Assembly (NCBI GenBank): GCA_029717555.1
Contig: JAMDHS010000009.1
Span: forward strand, 310,001 to 355,653
Source of the DNA: Peribolospora baueri
Taxonomy: Eukaryota
Direction of reading: 5' to 3'
DNA: 45,653 bases
Position 1 is the first letter of the stretch. Each line of letters opens with the position of its first letter. Of the stretch, positions 1 through 12,572 are shown piece after piece. Below the pieces are notes generated by a model that worked only from the letters and a program-made list of their open reading frames with translations, had not been told where the DNA came from and ran no database searches. The translations under genes were made by a program, and so were the position numbers.

Positions 1-85
1 TATCCGCAAGCTGGGACAGTCCAAAAAGGACTGGCGAAGGTGCTATGAGAACGGGAACGTCTCCGTTGACCATAGGTATTCGTTT

Positions 86-3000
86 TTGTCTCAGTTCCTC
101 TCATCTGCGCAGCCGCCCACACATATCAAGGCAGAATCGGAAGTGACGCAAGCTAACCTCCGAGCTCCCTCGCCAACCTTGCTCTCGCGTTCAAATCCAC
201 CAGCCTCCGCCTCGTCCCGCTCACACTTCCCCAGCCAGCTCTTTTATCGTATCCGACGCCGCTTCCTCACCCGCCGCCTATCGAAGCCGAAGGCCTCTCG
301 CACGCTCACCCTTTTCGGCCGCTCCCTCCTCCTCATTCTTCTAGAACTTCTGGCCAACATTGTGCTCTGGGTCGTTTCAAGCTCCTGTAGTCGGGACACC
401 AGGGGCGTATTGGGAGTTGCCTTGATTGCTTGGGTGGGTCTCTTCTGGTCCTATTTGTCAAAGGCGGATGGGACGCCGCGGCGAGCGCGACTCCGGAAGG
501 ACCGTGGACGATCCACCGATCCTTCCTCGGTGCCCATCCACATTGTTCGCTTCCATTTCGGTCCTCAGTCAGATCCAGTTTAGTTACTCACCTCGCACCG
601 CGCCTCGTCTCACACACAGACCATCGGTCTTCGACACGGCTTAGACGCAGATCATAGTGAGCCTAACCTTCACTCGTCCTCTAGTCTCCTGTCCTCCCCC
701 CTCTTTCGCCTCCTTCCTCGCCGATATGCCCTTGACCTTTACTCTTACTTTTGCCTCAACTCTCGTCGGATCCCAAGTCAGCGCGATAGACAACGCAACC
801 CGTCGAATGGTCTCCCTCTCACGCCGTCCCGTCACTTGCGGTCTTTTCTTCTCCCTCGGACATAGCACCATTGTTGTGACGGTCGTGAGTGGAAAAAGAG
901 CCAACGGTCGATGCGACGTCAACATTTCCTTCCTCGATCTAACGCTCGAGCCCCTCTTATGGTGCAGTCTGAGAAAGAAAGCGTGAAACGCTGACATGTC
1001 CGTTCATCGATGTCCTTTGCTTTTCGTCCCTTCCCGTCCGCATCTCATGATCAGACAACGGCCATAGCCGTCTCCGTCCCCGTCTTCTCTCATCTTTCCG
1101 ATGTCTCTTCCGTAGGCGGCACCGTGGGCACAAGTGTGAGCGCCAGCTTCCTCGCTCTCGTAGGCATAATCAATTCTTTTGTGCTCTGGAGGCTGTGGAG
1201 GGAGAGGAGAAGAAGGCACGCGGAGCCGGGAAGAGGAGGGGGCGGGGGTGAGCGCGATGAAAAGGAGTTTGGGAAGAGGGGACAGGGGCCGGAGGGATTG
1301 GACTTGAAGGAAGAAAAGGTGTGTCGGACGTGCGTCTTGCGTTTGTTCGTTTGCTCCTCCCCTCATCCTAGATTCGCCCTTCACTCCTTCCTTCCTTCCT
1401 TTCCCGACCGGCCCATTCGATTCCCACAGCCAGTATCTTCATTCCCACCCCCCGTCCTCTCCGTCCCCTCCCTCCCTTGTCCGCAGCCCGTTCATTTCCC
1501 TACCTCGCTTGCCACCCCCCTCACCGCAGTGAGGGAGCAGGGAGACGGGAAGACGACGACCGCGGCCGCAGCGGAGGACGCAGAGGATGAGAGCGAGGCG
1601 GTGAGCAACGGAGTGCGCCTGCCACGGGAGAGGAGGAGAACGACGATGGGGTGCATGACGAGAGTCGTCTGGCCTCTATTAAAACTCGTCGATAGGCCTT
1701 GGAAAGTGAGCGACTCGTGCAGTTCCGTCTTCTTCGCCTTGCCTTCTCGAAGCGAGGGTTCGAAAAGGGTCCTGGAAAATTGTGGTGGGGGAAACGGAGC
1801 GATACCTGATCCCACCGCCCGTCTCTTCCTTTTGTTCGCATCCCCGCTTGACGTCGTTTGACGGTACCTCGACGAATCGGCTGGTGGTATATTAGATGTG
1901 AGTCGCATCGATTCGACCCGACCCCTTTCCTCTTTCTCCGTGTTTGCATCGAGAAGGCGAACGCCGAGCTGCCCACCTCGCTCGAGAGAGCGCACGGCTA
2001 TTCTCTTTTTCTCGAATCCGTGTGGCTCACATGTTCGCTGACTTCTCGTGCACCCCGCGCCACCCTCCCACTTTTTATTTCAGGTACCCCGTCGGTGTCC
2101 TGTGAGTGCTTTCCTGCCATGTGATGACCTGCAGGCGTCTTCCTCCTACGTCGGCATCGTTTTCACTCACCAGCCTTTATGCCCTCCTCGCTACCAACAT
2201 TTTTCCCCCATTCTTTCATCTCGTCTGGTTTGGTGTTGATCACACCGCCCACGCCGCGATAGCTTCGGCTTCGGCTTCGACACCGCCTCAGAGATTGGAT
2301 TGTTGTCCGTCTCCGCCCTTGCTAAGCGTGGCGTCGATGGGAAGGGCATCAGCAGAGGGGAGATCATGCTCTTACCGGTGAGCGAATGGAGACGGATGAA
2401 GTTGGCGCGAGGAGGAAGACGTGCCGGGTCTCGGGTTGGGGAGAAGGCACCCGTCTTAACGCTTGACTTACCTTCTCATTCGTCTGTCTGTCTGGGCTTC
2501 GACATGGATTGGATTGCCTTTCCAGCTGCTCTTCACCTCTGGCATGTCTCTCGTCGACTCACTCGACTCGGTCCTCATGATCTACGCCTACTCTCCAAGC
2601 GTCACTTCTCTGACTAACGGGCGGCGTTCCCGTTTCGCCCTCTTTGAGCCGAGGGATGCGTGCGATCTGTCGTTGTCCCAGGCAGGGCTCGGAGGGGGGA
2701 GACGAGTTCTAGAAGAGGACGACGAGAATACGAGAGGGACGCCGTCCTCTGCTCACTGTGACGAGGAGAACCGGCAAGAATGCACCGGCGAGCGAGGCCC
2801 GCAGCCCAGCAGCTTTTACCGCCCTTCCCCTTCGGCAACGTTCAACAATCCGATGACCACCTCCCTATCTCTCCTCCTCACTCTTCTCTCCATCCTCGTC
2901 GCCCTCGCCATCTCCCTCATCGAGTTTATGGGCCTCATAGGCGAGAAATGCCTCTCCTGTGCCCAGGCGGCCCAGAACGATGCAGGACTGGGGGGCAAGT

Positions 3001-3173
3001 GGTGGAGGTTTTGGCAGAGCGCGAACGATCAGAGTGGGTACGTGGGAGCGGGTATTGTCGCATGCTTCGTTCTCGTTTTGGTTGGGTGGAGTGTTGGGAG
3101 GTACGGGAGAAAATGGTGGAGGACGAGGTACGGGGAGGAAAAGGCGGTTGCGGAGGTGATGGAACGGCCGTGA
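86..3173 (+). CDS. NIC1: High-affinity nickel/cobalt permease (NiCoT family), multi-exon; start uncertain (possibly ATG at 45 or outside the window)
   Basis: Spliced exons give TIGLRHGLDADHISAIDNATR (NiCoT RHxxDxDH signature), GLFFSLGHSTIV, DRPWK-M-YPVGVLFGFGFDTASEIGLL and LFTSGMSLVDSLDSVLM. Stop at 3171-3173. Includes a 2-nt exon (1896-1897) and an 18-nt exon (2084-2101). Confidence 0.92.
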
Positions 3174-3577
3174 GGTGCCATCGTTATCAGGCTGCCGGAG
3201 CATGTGGCGTGTGGCCAACTCCACCAGTTTCTAACGCGTTCCACTTCGCTATGAAGGCTATCGCGGTATGCAAGCTGCGCTGCGAATAAGAATAAAACCT
3301 TACCGACCACGTACGTAACACGATGATGGCGACGACGGGCTCCAGAGAGGACGAAGCAGGCGACGAGTCAGTAGGAAGACGACGACCCGCCAGCCAGTCT
3401 TCGACAACGTCAATGTCGATAGGAAGCACAGTTCTTGGGGCATCCATGAAAAGAGCGAGCTCGAGAAATATCAATGAGGCAAACATGAAAGGAAGGGCGA
3501 GCAAACAAAAGGAGGGAAAGAAAGCCGGGCGTCTCTCTGAGACGACCCTACTATAAACAACTCGAGACGTGGAGAGC

Positions 3578-5717
3578 TCATGGGCCGACGCCATGGTCGT
3601 CGCCGTCCTTTCGCGCCGCCGTCGTCCTCGTCGCCGCATCGTCGCTCGACTCCTCTCCCGGCGTCGTCCGGGGAGCAGCAAAGGCAGATCTTCCTTCCTC
3701 CAGCGAACCCTGTAGATGCGGCAGAGGCGTCGCTTCCTTCGGCTTCCGAATCACTTTTACCAAGCTCACGTCCTCGACCGGAGCCGCACCGCGGTTCACA
3801 GCGGAGGCGGAGCTGCCTCTCCTTTTCGAGGAGCGCGGCATCCTCCGCTCCCCACCTTCGACTTCGCCATCGCCTTCTCCTTCGTCGGCACCGGAAGGCG
3901 GCCATTCGCCAGCGAGCCCAGACTGGTAATCATCATCGCCCACATCGCTCAAGCTCTTCGTCGCCTCCTTCCTCAGCTCGTCTAGTCCATCACCGTGCGG
4001 TCGGATCGTAGCGCTCGACGGACCCGGACCGTAGCTATAACTAGAATCGATTCCGGACGCGCCCGTTCGCTCAGGAGAGCGCGCTCGGCTCGATCGACCT
4101 GGACCGGAGTCCGAGCCCAATTCGCTGGCTGTCGCGTCCAGGTTGAGCTGGCTCGGAGGTCCTTGGATCCCGGCAAGTCGAGAGGTACTTCCGCCTGACG
4201 GGGAGAGAGGTGGAGAGCCGAGCATTGAACCATAGCCGTTGTCCAGCTTTGTCGTCGCCACGGCTCCGGACTGTGCCTGTACTTCTCCGGCGGGGGCGGC
4301 TTTTGTTCGAGCGGGCGAGGAAGATTGTGAGGGTGGATACAAGTGCTCTTCGTTGCGACCCGAGGCCGTCATCCGGCCTCGTCGGCTATTCCAACTAGCG
4401 CGTTTTCTCCTTCCCCCGACCGCCGCCAGATCCCCATCCGCGCCTTTGGATGGACCTTTTGAGGCCTTGCCGTCGTCGATGGCGTTTTCCATGTCATCAT
4501 CATCGTTGTCGTCCTCTTCGTCCTCGGAGGCAGAACCGAGGAAGTGATGTGCCTCCTCCGGATCATCCGAGTCTCGGGTCGATTGGGGTGTCGGCTTGGA
4601 AACGTCGTTCGAGGGAGTGAAACGGACGATAGAGTCGATGATCCAGAACTGGCGGTGAGACGGAAAGAAGACGCAGGGGCAGCGAGGAGAGATAAAGCGG
4701 AGAGATACGTCAGGAACGACTGGACGAGGAAACGAGCGGATCTCGGGCTCACCTGTATAACGTTCATGACGAGGGGGAACACCATCATGACAAAGATGAC
4801 CTGCGCATGGACACTGTTCCCCAACCACTGCAACAGCCAGTCGCCGACGCGAAAGAGGACGGGGAAGAGGGCGAAGAGGGCGGTAACGACGGCCTTCATG
4901 ACCGCCAGTGCGAGCAGGTAGACGACAAGCTGACGCAGCCAGTAAGTCATAAAGGGCCTTGACCGGGAGCCGTACTCGCCAGAGACGAAGCCTTCGAGTT
5001 TCAGGCGGTCAGTCAGGAGGTAGCTTAGGAAGCGGAGAGTAACCCAAATGATGCAAACGCCTGGAGAATGGAAAAGGTGCGTAAGAGAGTGGGTAAAATG
5101 GTCTCAGCAATTGGCTGGACGTCGGCTGAAGCACAACTCGGGACGAGGTGGCGGACATGAGCCGCGCGCGTACCCACCCAAAGTGGTGTCGATGAGGATG
5201 TTGAGAAAGTAGAGCACGCAAGGATTGTTCTTGGCGTGGTGAGCGACGAGAGCGGAAAGGAGGACGTTCATAGAGTGAACGAACAGTTGTCCGAGGCCTT
5301 GTTTGGAGACGTCCAGTGCCCTGTGTCATGGGACGACGAGAGTAGATGGCCCAAGGTAGAGAAGAAACGCTTTGAGCATGCATCGGTCCGGCGGCGTACC
5401 GACGCGCATGGGCGTGCTCACCAAATCTTCCATGGCCTCTTGGGCCTTTCCTTCTGCCTCTTTATGAGCAAGCTCAAGAGCACCATGGCGCCCATTAAAG
5501 CCTGCACGCCCAACGCGAACGGGCCCATGAGCCCGCAGTTCTCCTTGTCGATGTCTGGCAGATCGGGTGCCGGTGAGCCCGTCGTTTCCGACGGATGGGA
5601 GGGGAGGAGAAGTGCGCCGGTCGTCGTCGGACTCGCCAGGACGCTCCTGATCTCGCGCAGGGACGAGGTGGCGACCCATACCGGGCTCGCGGCGGTGACG
5701 TTGGCGAAGGGTGACAT
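3578..5717 (-). CDS. STIMATE/YPL162C-like vacuolar membrane protein with a long low-complexity C-terminal tail
   Basis: Spliced peptides CGLMGPFALGVQALMG..KRQKERPKRPWKIW-ALDVSKQ..NPCVLYFLNILIDTTLG..YWLRQ..FPLVMNVIQ-FWIIDSIV. Start ATG at 5717 is inferred. Confidence 0.8.
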
Positions 5718-6274
5718 CTCTTCGCTCGCCGTGATCGATGTCGAGGCGGGCGTCGTGGAGAGAGAGAATCGGGTGGATGGCAAAGAGGTGCGCCGCGATG
5801 AGGCGGATAGGACGGTAGGGTCGCAAGGCGTTCCAGGTCTACATACCTCCCCGAAGAGGGGCAGGCGTGAGGGAGGAGAAAGGTGTGAGCAGACGATTCG
5901 ACAAGTGGTGGGTCATCGCGATGGTTCAAGTCGTCGTCAGCTTCGCTACATAGCGAACGAACGTTCCTCGAGCTGCGGCGATCGGCGCGCACGTCCTCGC
6001 CTAGGAAGTAGGAAGCCAGCTCCCGCTTCCTACCAACACTCATCCCACCAGAACGTCGGGCATCCGGACGATGCTCTTGGGCAACCCGCTCGCTTCGCCA
6101 GATCATTTGTACGTATATGTGTAGGCGAGCGTATATATGCATCATACGTACGGTGCATCGGAGCGTGTCGGCTACGAACCAGAGCAAGCGAGGCAGCAAA
6201 GGACCGATCACGTCTACTTATACAGTCGATCTATGCACTGACCCTCCAGAGAGGGCCCATCATCACCTTCGGAA

Positions 6275-7660
6275 TCAGTCCCAGTCCACACCCTCACCCA
6301 TGAACCCCTCTCCCGTATCGCCCAACCCACCCTTGTCTCTGACGCCCGTCACTCCGCCGCGCTTGGCACCTTTGAGCTTGGGGTTAGGCATGGACTTGTA
6401 GATCTCCCGCATCTGTTAGAGAGGAGAGGAAAACGGGGGCAGGGTCATGGGGGTGAACGAGGGAGTGAGCGCGGCGAACGGTCGTGAAGAATCAAAATGG
6501 CGTTGAGGAAGCGCCGCCCCTCGCTCGCACGCACCTCATTCTTACTCATGGATTCCTGCCGACCTTCCTCCTCTTTCCATTGCCTCTCCCTATACATCCC
6601 AGGCGTCTCCACGCCTTCCATCCTCAACCTCTCCGTCCGACTGGGAGTTCCAGACCTGCTTCCAACGCCCAAGCTCCCCAAGATCCCCTCGCCGCCTTCT
6701 CTCCTCTCCTCAAACCGTTCCTTGGCCCGCTCCTTGCGGTACTCGCCCTTCCAGTCCGTGCGCGCCTCGCGACGCGTCCACTGCGTGCGAGATATGAGCG
6801 CCTGTGCAGCAGCAAAGGTGTTGGCGTTCGTGGAGGTAACGGCGGAGGTCGGGTCTTCCACAGCGGATTTGACGTGAATGTACCAGCTGCGGGCGCACGA
6901 TTCAGTATCATTGCGAGAACGTCAGTCGGCTTGACCAACGTTCGCGCCAACGCGTACGGGGACGCAGAGAGATAGGACGCGGAGACGTGCGTACGTACAC
7001 ATGGTTCAATGTAGCGCTGCGCCTCCACCGTTTGTTGACCGCGGAGGCGTTAGCAAGTGTGCTGATGGGGAGTTCAAGGAAGATGCGTTGGGAGACCTGG
7101 AATGAGCGGGGAGAGAGTGAGCGAGGAGGACATGGGCCATTCGCGAGCGACCACAAGGAGAGATGAGGGACGGCCATCCTGTGTCAGGGACTGTGGGCAG
7201 GAGACAGGAAAGTGGCGAACCCTGAACGGGTCAATCCACTCACCTCGGTTGGGAATCTGGCCAGGGGATCCGACCTGCTCTTCTCCGCCTTCACTCGCCT
7301 CCCCGCAGACCTCCTGGGCGTTGAAGTGCCTGAAGGAGAGGCTGCGCCGGCCAAGCCACTCCTCTTTCTCTCCTCCTTGCCGGTCCCCATACCAGGGCTA
7401 CCAGGCCTGCTCAAGTTGAGCGGCGTACCGGCGACGGTACCGGGAGCGGTGGCGACGGCGACCATCTCATCGTCGGTATCGACCAGCGAAGCGCCGTCGT
7501 CCGACACCCTGTCACTGCCCGGACCGGGGGACTCGACAGACTCCCACTCATCGATGGCCGCTCGAGTGGCGTCGGTGCTACGCGACGCCATGGGCTGGGC
7601 GAGGTCAGCGTCGGACGTAGGGACGCTGGAGGAGAGAACGGAATGGAGGAGGCTCGACAT
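6275..7660 (-). CDS. F-box domain protein
   Basis: Spliced DPLARFPTE-VSQRIFLELPISTLANASAVNKRWRRSATLNHVW fits the F-box pattern. Last exon MREIYK..VDWD*, stop at 6275-6277. Confidence 0.75.
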
Positions 7661-7747
7661 GTCCGTTGGACACGTTGGTATGTATGCCTCGCTGACAGGA
7701 GGGTGGCAAATGGGTGCCGACCGGATACGTCAGAACGAAAATGAGCA

Positions 7748-7770
7748 AGCTGGCTGGCTGGCTGGCTGGC
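7748..7770. repeat. (GCTG)n microsatellite
   Basis: About five tandem GCTG units upstream of the F-box start. Confidence 0.75.
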
Positions 7771-8287
7771 TTCCTGCTCGCTGATGGACAGATGCTGTTA
7801 CTGGAAACGGCTGTGATATGTTCAAAGTCGATCGAAGCAGAGACGCAAAGAGACTCGTGGTAGCGGGGCTTTGGATGGAGGAGGAGGGAGGAAGGAAGGA
7901 GGAAGGATTGCGTCTCCGTCCTCTATCCCCGCTCGCCGTCGCCGATCAGATTATGACACATACAACTTGGCGCCCCCCACGTGCTCCGTCGCCTCCACCC
8001 AGGAAGGGAGGATCGGAGGGGGCAGAGTCGTCGAGTCGCTGGTGGGCTCACACAAATTGCTATGAGCTATGGAGAGGAACCAGTTGCCGTCGCAGTTCTG
8101 ACGAGCACTCGCAGCGAAGGCCGGTCGTCGTCGCCGATGGAGCCTGACCCGGCGTCGTCATCGTCAAACTCATCCGCACCGGAATTATTAGACAACCACC
8201 TCCGCATTCTTCGTCGGCCAGCATCTTCGCCCGTCCGCCGTCTCACCAAGACCCGCTCTCTAGAACGCTCACCACCATCAACTGACC

Positions 8288-9755
8288 ATGGGCCTTTCTG
8301 AAACTCATCGCATCGAATCAGGAAACGACGGCGACCCGGCCGTGTACGGTGCCTCTTCCACACGCGGAGGCGGGGAGGGCGTTTCGAAAAAGACGATCCC
8401 CGTGGCCGGACTGCTGGTCAACGTGTTCGGCCTCGACGAGCTCTCCTCTCCCGACGCCGGCGTCCCCCGTCCCCAGGTCACCGCGCTCTTCTTCCTCCAC
8501 GGCCGCAAAGGCTCAGCGAATCACGAGCAAGGTGTCGCTCGTCAGCTGTACGCAGACATCGTGGCCCGTAGGCAGAAGGAGGGCGGAACGGAGGCGGGAC
8601 ATCGGGACTTGGTGGTGATCGCCTTCGATCAGAGGAACCACGGGAAACGCAAGGTGGACGAGGGGGCGAATGCAAGTTGGAAGGAAGGGAACGAGATGCA
8701 TGCGCAGGACATGTATGGCATGTTCCGTGAGTCAGTCGCATTCGCTACCTTTCCCCTCCAGGTCTCCGACTTCCCTCCGGTCTCTGACGGACGCCTCTCC
8801 ACTTCCTCTTTTTCATCCAGTCGGGACAGCTTCGGACGTATCCTTCCTCATCGATTTTCTACCCTCTTACCTCTTTCCTAACGACGAGCGCGAGATCATC
8901 GAATGGGCGTGCGTCGGAAAGAGTCTTGGCGGACATGCGACCTGGGTGGTGCTGAAAGACGGTAAGTGGACCCGACTCGACCCCGCATATTTTCTTTTCC
9001 ATGCTTGCACATCATCTTTTGCTTCGACCCCGACATCAGCGTCCAGGTCTTCCTTGAGCGTGATGGGGGCGGTCCGACTCACACTCCTCTTCCTCTCCCT
9101 ATCCTCCTTATTTATTTATTTACTTTTTTCAATCCCAAGATCCTCGCGTCCGCGTTGGCGTTCCCCTCATCGGCAGCCCAGACTACCTCAAGCTCCTAAA
9201 CCAACGCGCCAAATCATCCGGCCGGACCCTTGAATCTCCCACCTTGCCGCTCTCCTTGCTCTGGCTCGTGAAGAGCAAAGACCCGGCGTTTTCCCAGTTC
9301 GATGTAGAGGACGGGAAGGTGAACCCATTTTGGGGAAAGAAGGTGAGTAATGGATTGGAAGAAATGGAGCGACGAAGGAAAATCTTACGATGCGGCCAGC
9401 GCGCTACAAATTGGGAAGGGCCGCAGGGGACGCAGTATTGATGACATTCCTACGTCTCCTTCATTGCCATCTGTTCTACCGCACCGGGTTGAATCATCCC
9501 AACCGTCCGTCCTCCGCTTTCCCCCAGATCCTTATCTGCTCCGGCGCAGACGACAAGCTGGTTCGTTGGAGCTACTCGGAAGAGTTCGTTACCAAACTCA
9601 TACTCGGTCCCGACGGTCAGAAGAAGGTCGTCCTCGAGCCGGGCGTCGGCCATGAGGTCACACAGAGTATGTTGAATGAGACGGCGGAGTGGGTTTGGCA
9701 GTGGGCCGTCAGAGCCGAGCCAAATGGTGGAGCCGGTCGAGCTGGTGCACCCTGA
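8288..9755 (+). CDS. Alpha/beta-fold hydrolase (4 exons)
   Basis: FFLHGR, AFDQRNHG, nucleophile elbow GKSLGGH, GADDKLV and GVGHEVT give a Ser-Asp-His triad arrangement. Confidence 0.85.
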
Positions 9756-10321
9756 ATGATTGGCCTTCTCTTCGACAAGCTGGCGCTCCCTAAACTTCAC
9801 CTGTCATCTCAGCGGTTATAACCTTGCGTCAGGAGGTAGAGCAACAGACGGAATACGTGCAGCCATAACGAGATGGGATCGAACGAGCCTGCCGTGACAG
9901 GAAAGCAAAAAGCGAATGTAAGAGGAAAACTAGTTGCTGCCCGAGGATGAGGGAAGATCCGAGAGCGGGTACTGGCGGGAGACGCCTCGCGAGCCGCCTG
10001 TTCCATCCGAGCGCTCCCCTCCGTCCTAGTGCTGTGTGAGGCACCTGTTCTTGGCTCTGTTACTTCTTCCACATGTGAATCCACTGTGCAAAAGTTTTTA
10101 GGCAAAACGAAGATAACGGACGAGGGATGACTGAACCCGCTGTTGGAGGCCAATACAACGGTCCATGCATATAAACCGTATTGCTTTCTCTTTCTGTTGT
10201 AGAACTCATCGAGGCTTCCGTGTCCTCCATTGATTCGGGATCCGTAGTGGGTCAGCCGCAGCTCAAGTGTTCGTATCCCGAAGGGTTGTCAGATGCATGG
10301 GGGATGACGCAACAAGAACAA

Positions 10322-10414
10322 GCCGTCGTGGTTTAGGGGTCATGACGTAATCTTCACACGCCAGCGAGCTGGTGGAGTGCGGTTAAAACCCCGGTTCGAT
10401 TCCGGGCGACGGCA
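10322..10414 (+). tRNA. tRNA-Val(CAC) with a 21-nt intron (10359-10379)
   Basis: Acceptor stem GCCGTCG/CGACGGC plus discriminator A; anticodon stem TAATC/GGTTA with loop TT-CAC-A^C; T arm CCCGG-TTCGATT-CCGGG; T-run terminator from 10420. Confidence 0.92.
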
Positions 10415-10419
10415 GTTAA

Positions 10420-10521
10420 TTTTTGATATTTTTGATATTTTTGATATTTTTGATATTTTGATATTTTGATATTTTGTTATTTTGTTATTTTGTTATTTTG
10501 TTATTTTTGTTATTTTTGTTA
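10420..10521 (+). repeat. T-rich tandem array: 6 x T4-5GATA then 6 x T4-5GTTA (overlaps the Pol III terminator)
   Basis: Twelve 8-9 nt units read directly, starting 5 nt after the tRNA 3' end. Confidence 0.92.
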
Positions 10522-10630
10522 TTCAGGGTGAGGGGTATTTCTTTTTATTTCTTTGGGCACGCATCTCCTCTGCACACCTGGCCCCACATTCCCTCCACTC
10601 TCCTCCTCCCTCTTGTGCAGTCTCGCAGGG

Positions 10631-12176
10631 ATGGCTTCCCAGACCTTTCGCATCGCCGCTGTTCAAGCTGCGCCTGTCTCCTTCTCCCTTGCCGCTTCGA
10701 TTGACAAGCTGAGCGCCCTGACCGCTCAAGCTGCCTCTCCTCCCCACTCTGCCTCGCTCGTCGTCTTCCCCGAGGGCTTTCTCTCCGCCTACCCGCGCGG
10801 ATCAGACTTTGGCGCCGTCGTCGGCTCCCGTACCGATGAGGGCCGGGAATGGTTCAGGCGGTACCACGAGAGCGCGCTGGACGTCGAGGGCGACGACGAG
10901 TCAATGGAGAGGCTCAGGGCGGCGGCGAGGGACAACGGCGTGACGCTGGTGGTGGGCGTCATCGAGAAGGATGGCAGCGCTAGTTCGACGCTGTATTGCA
11001 CCGCGTTGATCATCGGGCCCGATGGGAGGCTGTTGGCCAAGCATAGGAAGCTCATGCCCACCGGCAGTGAGAGGCTCGTCTGGGGACAGGGCGACGGCTC
11101 GGGACTGCAGGTCGTCGAAACGTCGCTGGGAAAGGTGAGCGAGCGAGCGTGTCTGATGGTGTCGCCGAGGGAGCGTCCGACACGGCCCCCCACCGCACTT
11201 GGACTGACATCGGATGGACGGCTTGCCCTGTCGGTCGTGCCTGTGCTTGTCTTCAGATTGGAGCCGTCATTTGCTGGGAGGTAGGTGGAAATGGATTGGC
11301 CACGGTGACCTTGTCTTCGCCAGTCTCGCCGAACGAACCTGATCGACACTCTTCTGTTTCGCAGAACTACATGCCCCTCCTGAGATACGCAATGTACGCC
11401 CAAGGCATAGAGATCTACTGTGCCCCCACGGCGGACCATCGCGACGTGTGGGCCTCGTCCATGCGACACATAGCCGCCGAAGGGAGGTGCTTCGTCGTGA
11501 GCGTGAACCAGTACGCCACAAAGGCCGACTTTCCGGAAGACTATCCCGCCTTCCTAGGTCAGTCCATCCATCTATAGATCGGTCTACGGGTTTGCCGTTT
11601 CGTTCTTCCTACCCCGTCTCTCCGGAGCTTGCGCACGTCCATCTTCCAAGCGTATGAACCTGAAGCCTCGCCTCGCTTTGTTCCCTCTGTCGCTCCATCT
11701 CGCCCCACCTTCGACACAGGCAAGCCCAACGGCCATGTAGCCACTCCAGGGGGCTCGCTCATCGTCGGTCCCTTCGGCCAGGTGCTGGCGGGGCCGCTGT
11801 GGAACGAGGAGGGCATCCTTGTTGCCGAGGTCGATCGGAAGGAGCTCGCCAGGGCGCACTATGACTTTGATCCCACCGGGCATTATTCTAGGCCGGTGAG
11901 CGCTGAAAAAAAGGATGGGGGGCGATGTCGACGGACAGGGGCGGAAGAAGAGTCTTTTTCCGTGTCCACAGCCTCTCCAGCGGCGGTGACCACTGGTGCC
12001 AGGCTCACGGAATGGCTCGCTGATCATGGTCTTCTCTTCTCTCCCCGTCTTTTCGCCGCCCCGTCCTTGTATACTCGCCGCGGCACGAACAGGACGTCTT
12101 CCACCTCAGCGTCGATAATACCCCCAGGCCGGTCGCGACCTTTTCGACGACGTCTTCTTCGTCAAGCAAGAATTGA
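10631..12176 (+). CDS. Nitrilase (carbon-nitrogen hydrolase family), 5 coding exons
   Basis: Catalytic E-K-C motifs [22 protein letters not shown] and [15 protein letters not shown], plus [15 protein letters not shown]. Stop at 12174-12176. Confidence 0.93.
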
Positions 12177-12572
12177 GCTCGATTGGAGACGGATGGAACC
12201 GCGTCTTCCTTCAGTCAGGCATCTCTCCTTTTGGTGTCGTTCGTGGCGGTCACATGTGCGCTAAGGTTTAGGGAAAGGTTTCAAGTTCTGGTTTAGCACG
12301 ATCGAAAGGTCCTGTCCGTTGTGCACCGACGAGCCTTGGACGAGTGCTCGGAAGCTTTGCGCGGAAACGTACGCACCAGCGCTCTCGTGTCATCATGAAT
12401 GTTAGGGCAAAAGCACAGGCAAAGTTACAGGAGCGCCGAGCGATAGCGCGAGGAGTCGTGATAAGGAGAGGCCATGTGGGACAGGAGAAAGGGGGCGAAT
12501 GAACAGAGCGGGCAGACTGACGAAGGCAGGGAGGGAGGGGAGGGAGCGATCAAGTGCTCGTCGCTTGCTCGT

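Noticed and set aside
5236..6303. 355-aa plus-strand ORF and many similar long ORFs in the track
   Set aside because: These are antisense or off-frame shadows of real genes in GC-rich DNA, with no recognisable motifs.
6381..6388. GGGTTAGG-like interstitial telomere motif
   Set aside because: It is a single unit inside F-box coding sequence (MPNPK codons).
10352..10358. Possible TCA anticodon (Sec or opal suppressor tRNA)
   Set aside because: The stem TAATC/GGTTA fixes the loop as TT-CAC-AC. The body resembles tRNA-Val and there is no long variable arm.
10474..10712. Hydrophobic ORFs resembling signal or TM peptides
   Set aside because: They are translations of the T-rich tandem array from TTG starts.
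12165..12182. Cryptic peroxisomal signal by readthrough at the nitrilase C-terminus (SKN*)
   Set aside because: SKN is not a PTS1 and the stop lacks the TGA-CTA readthrough context.
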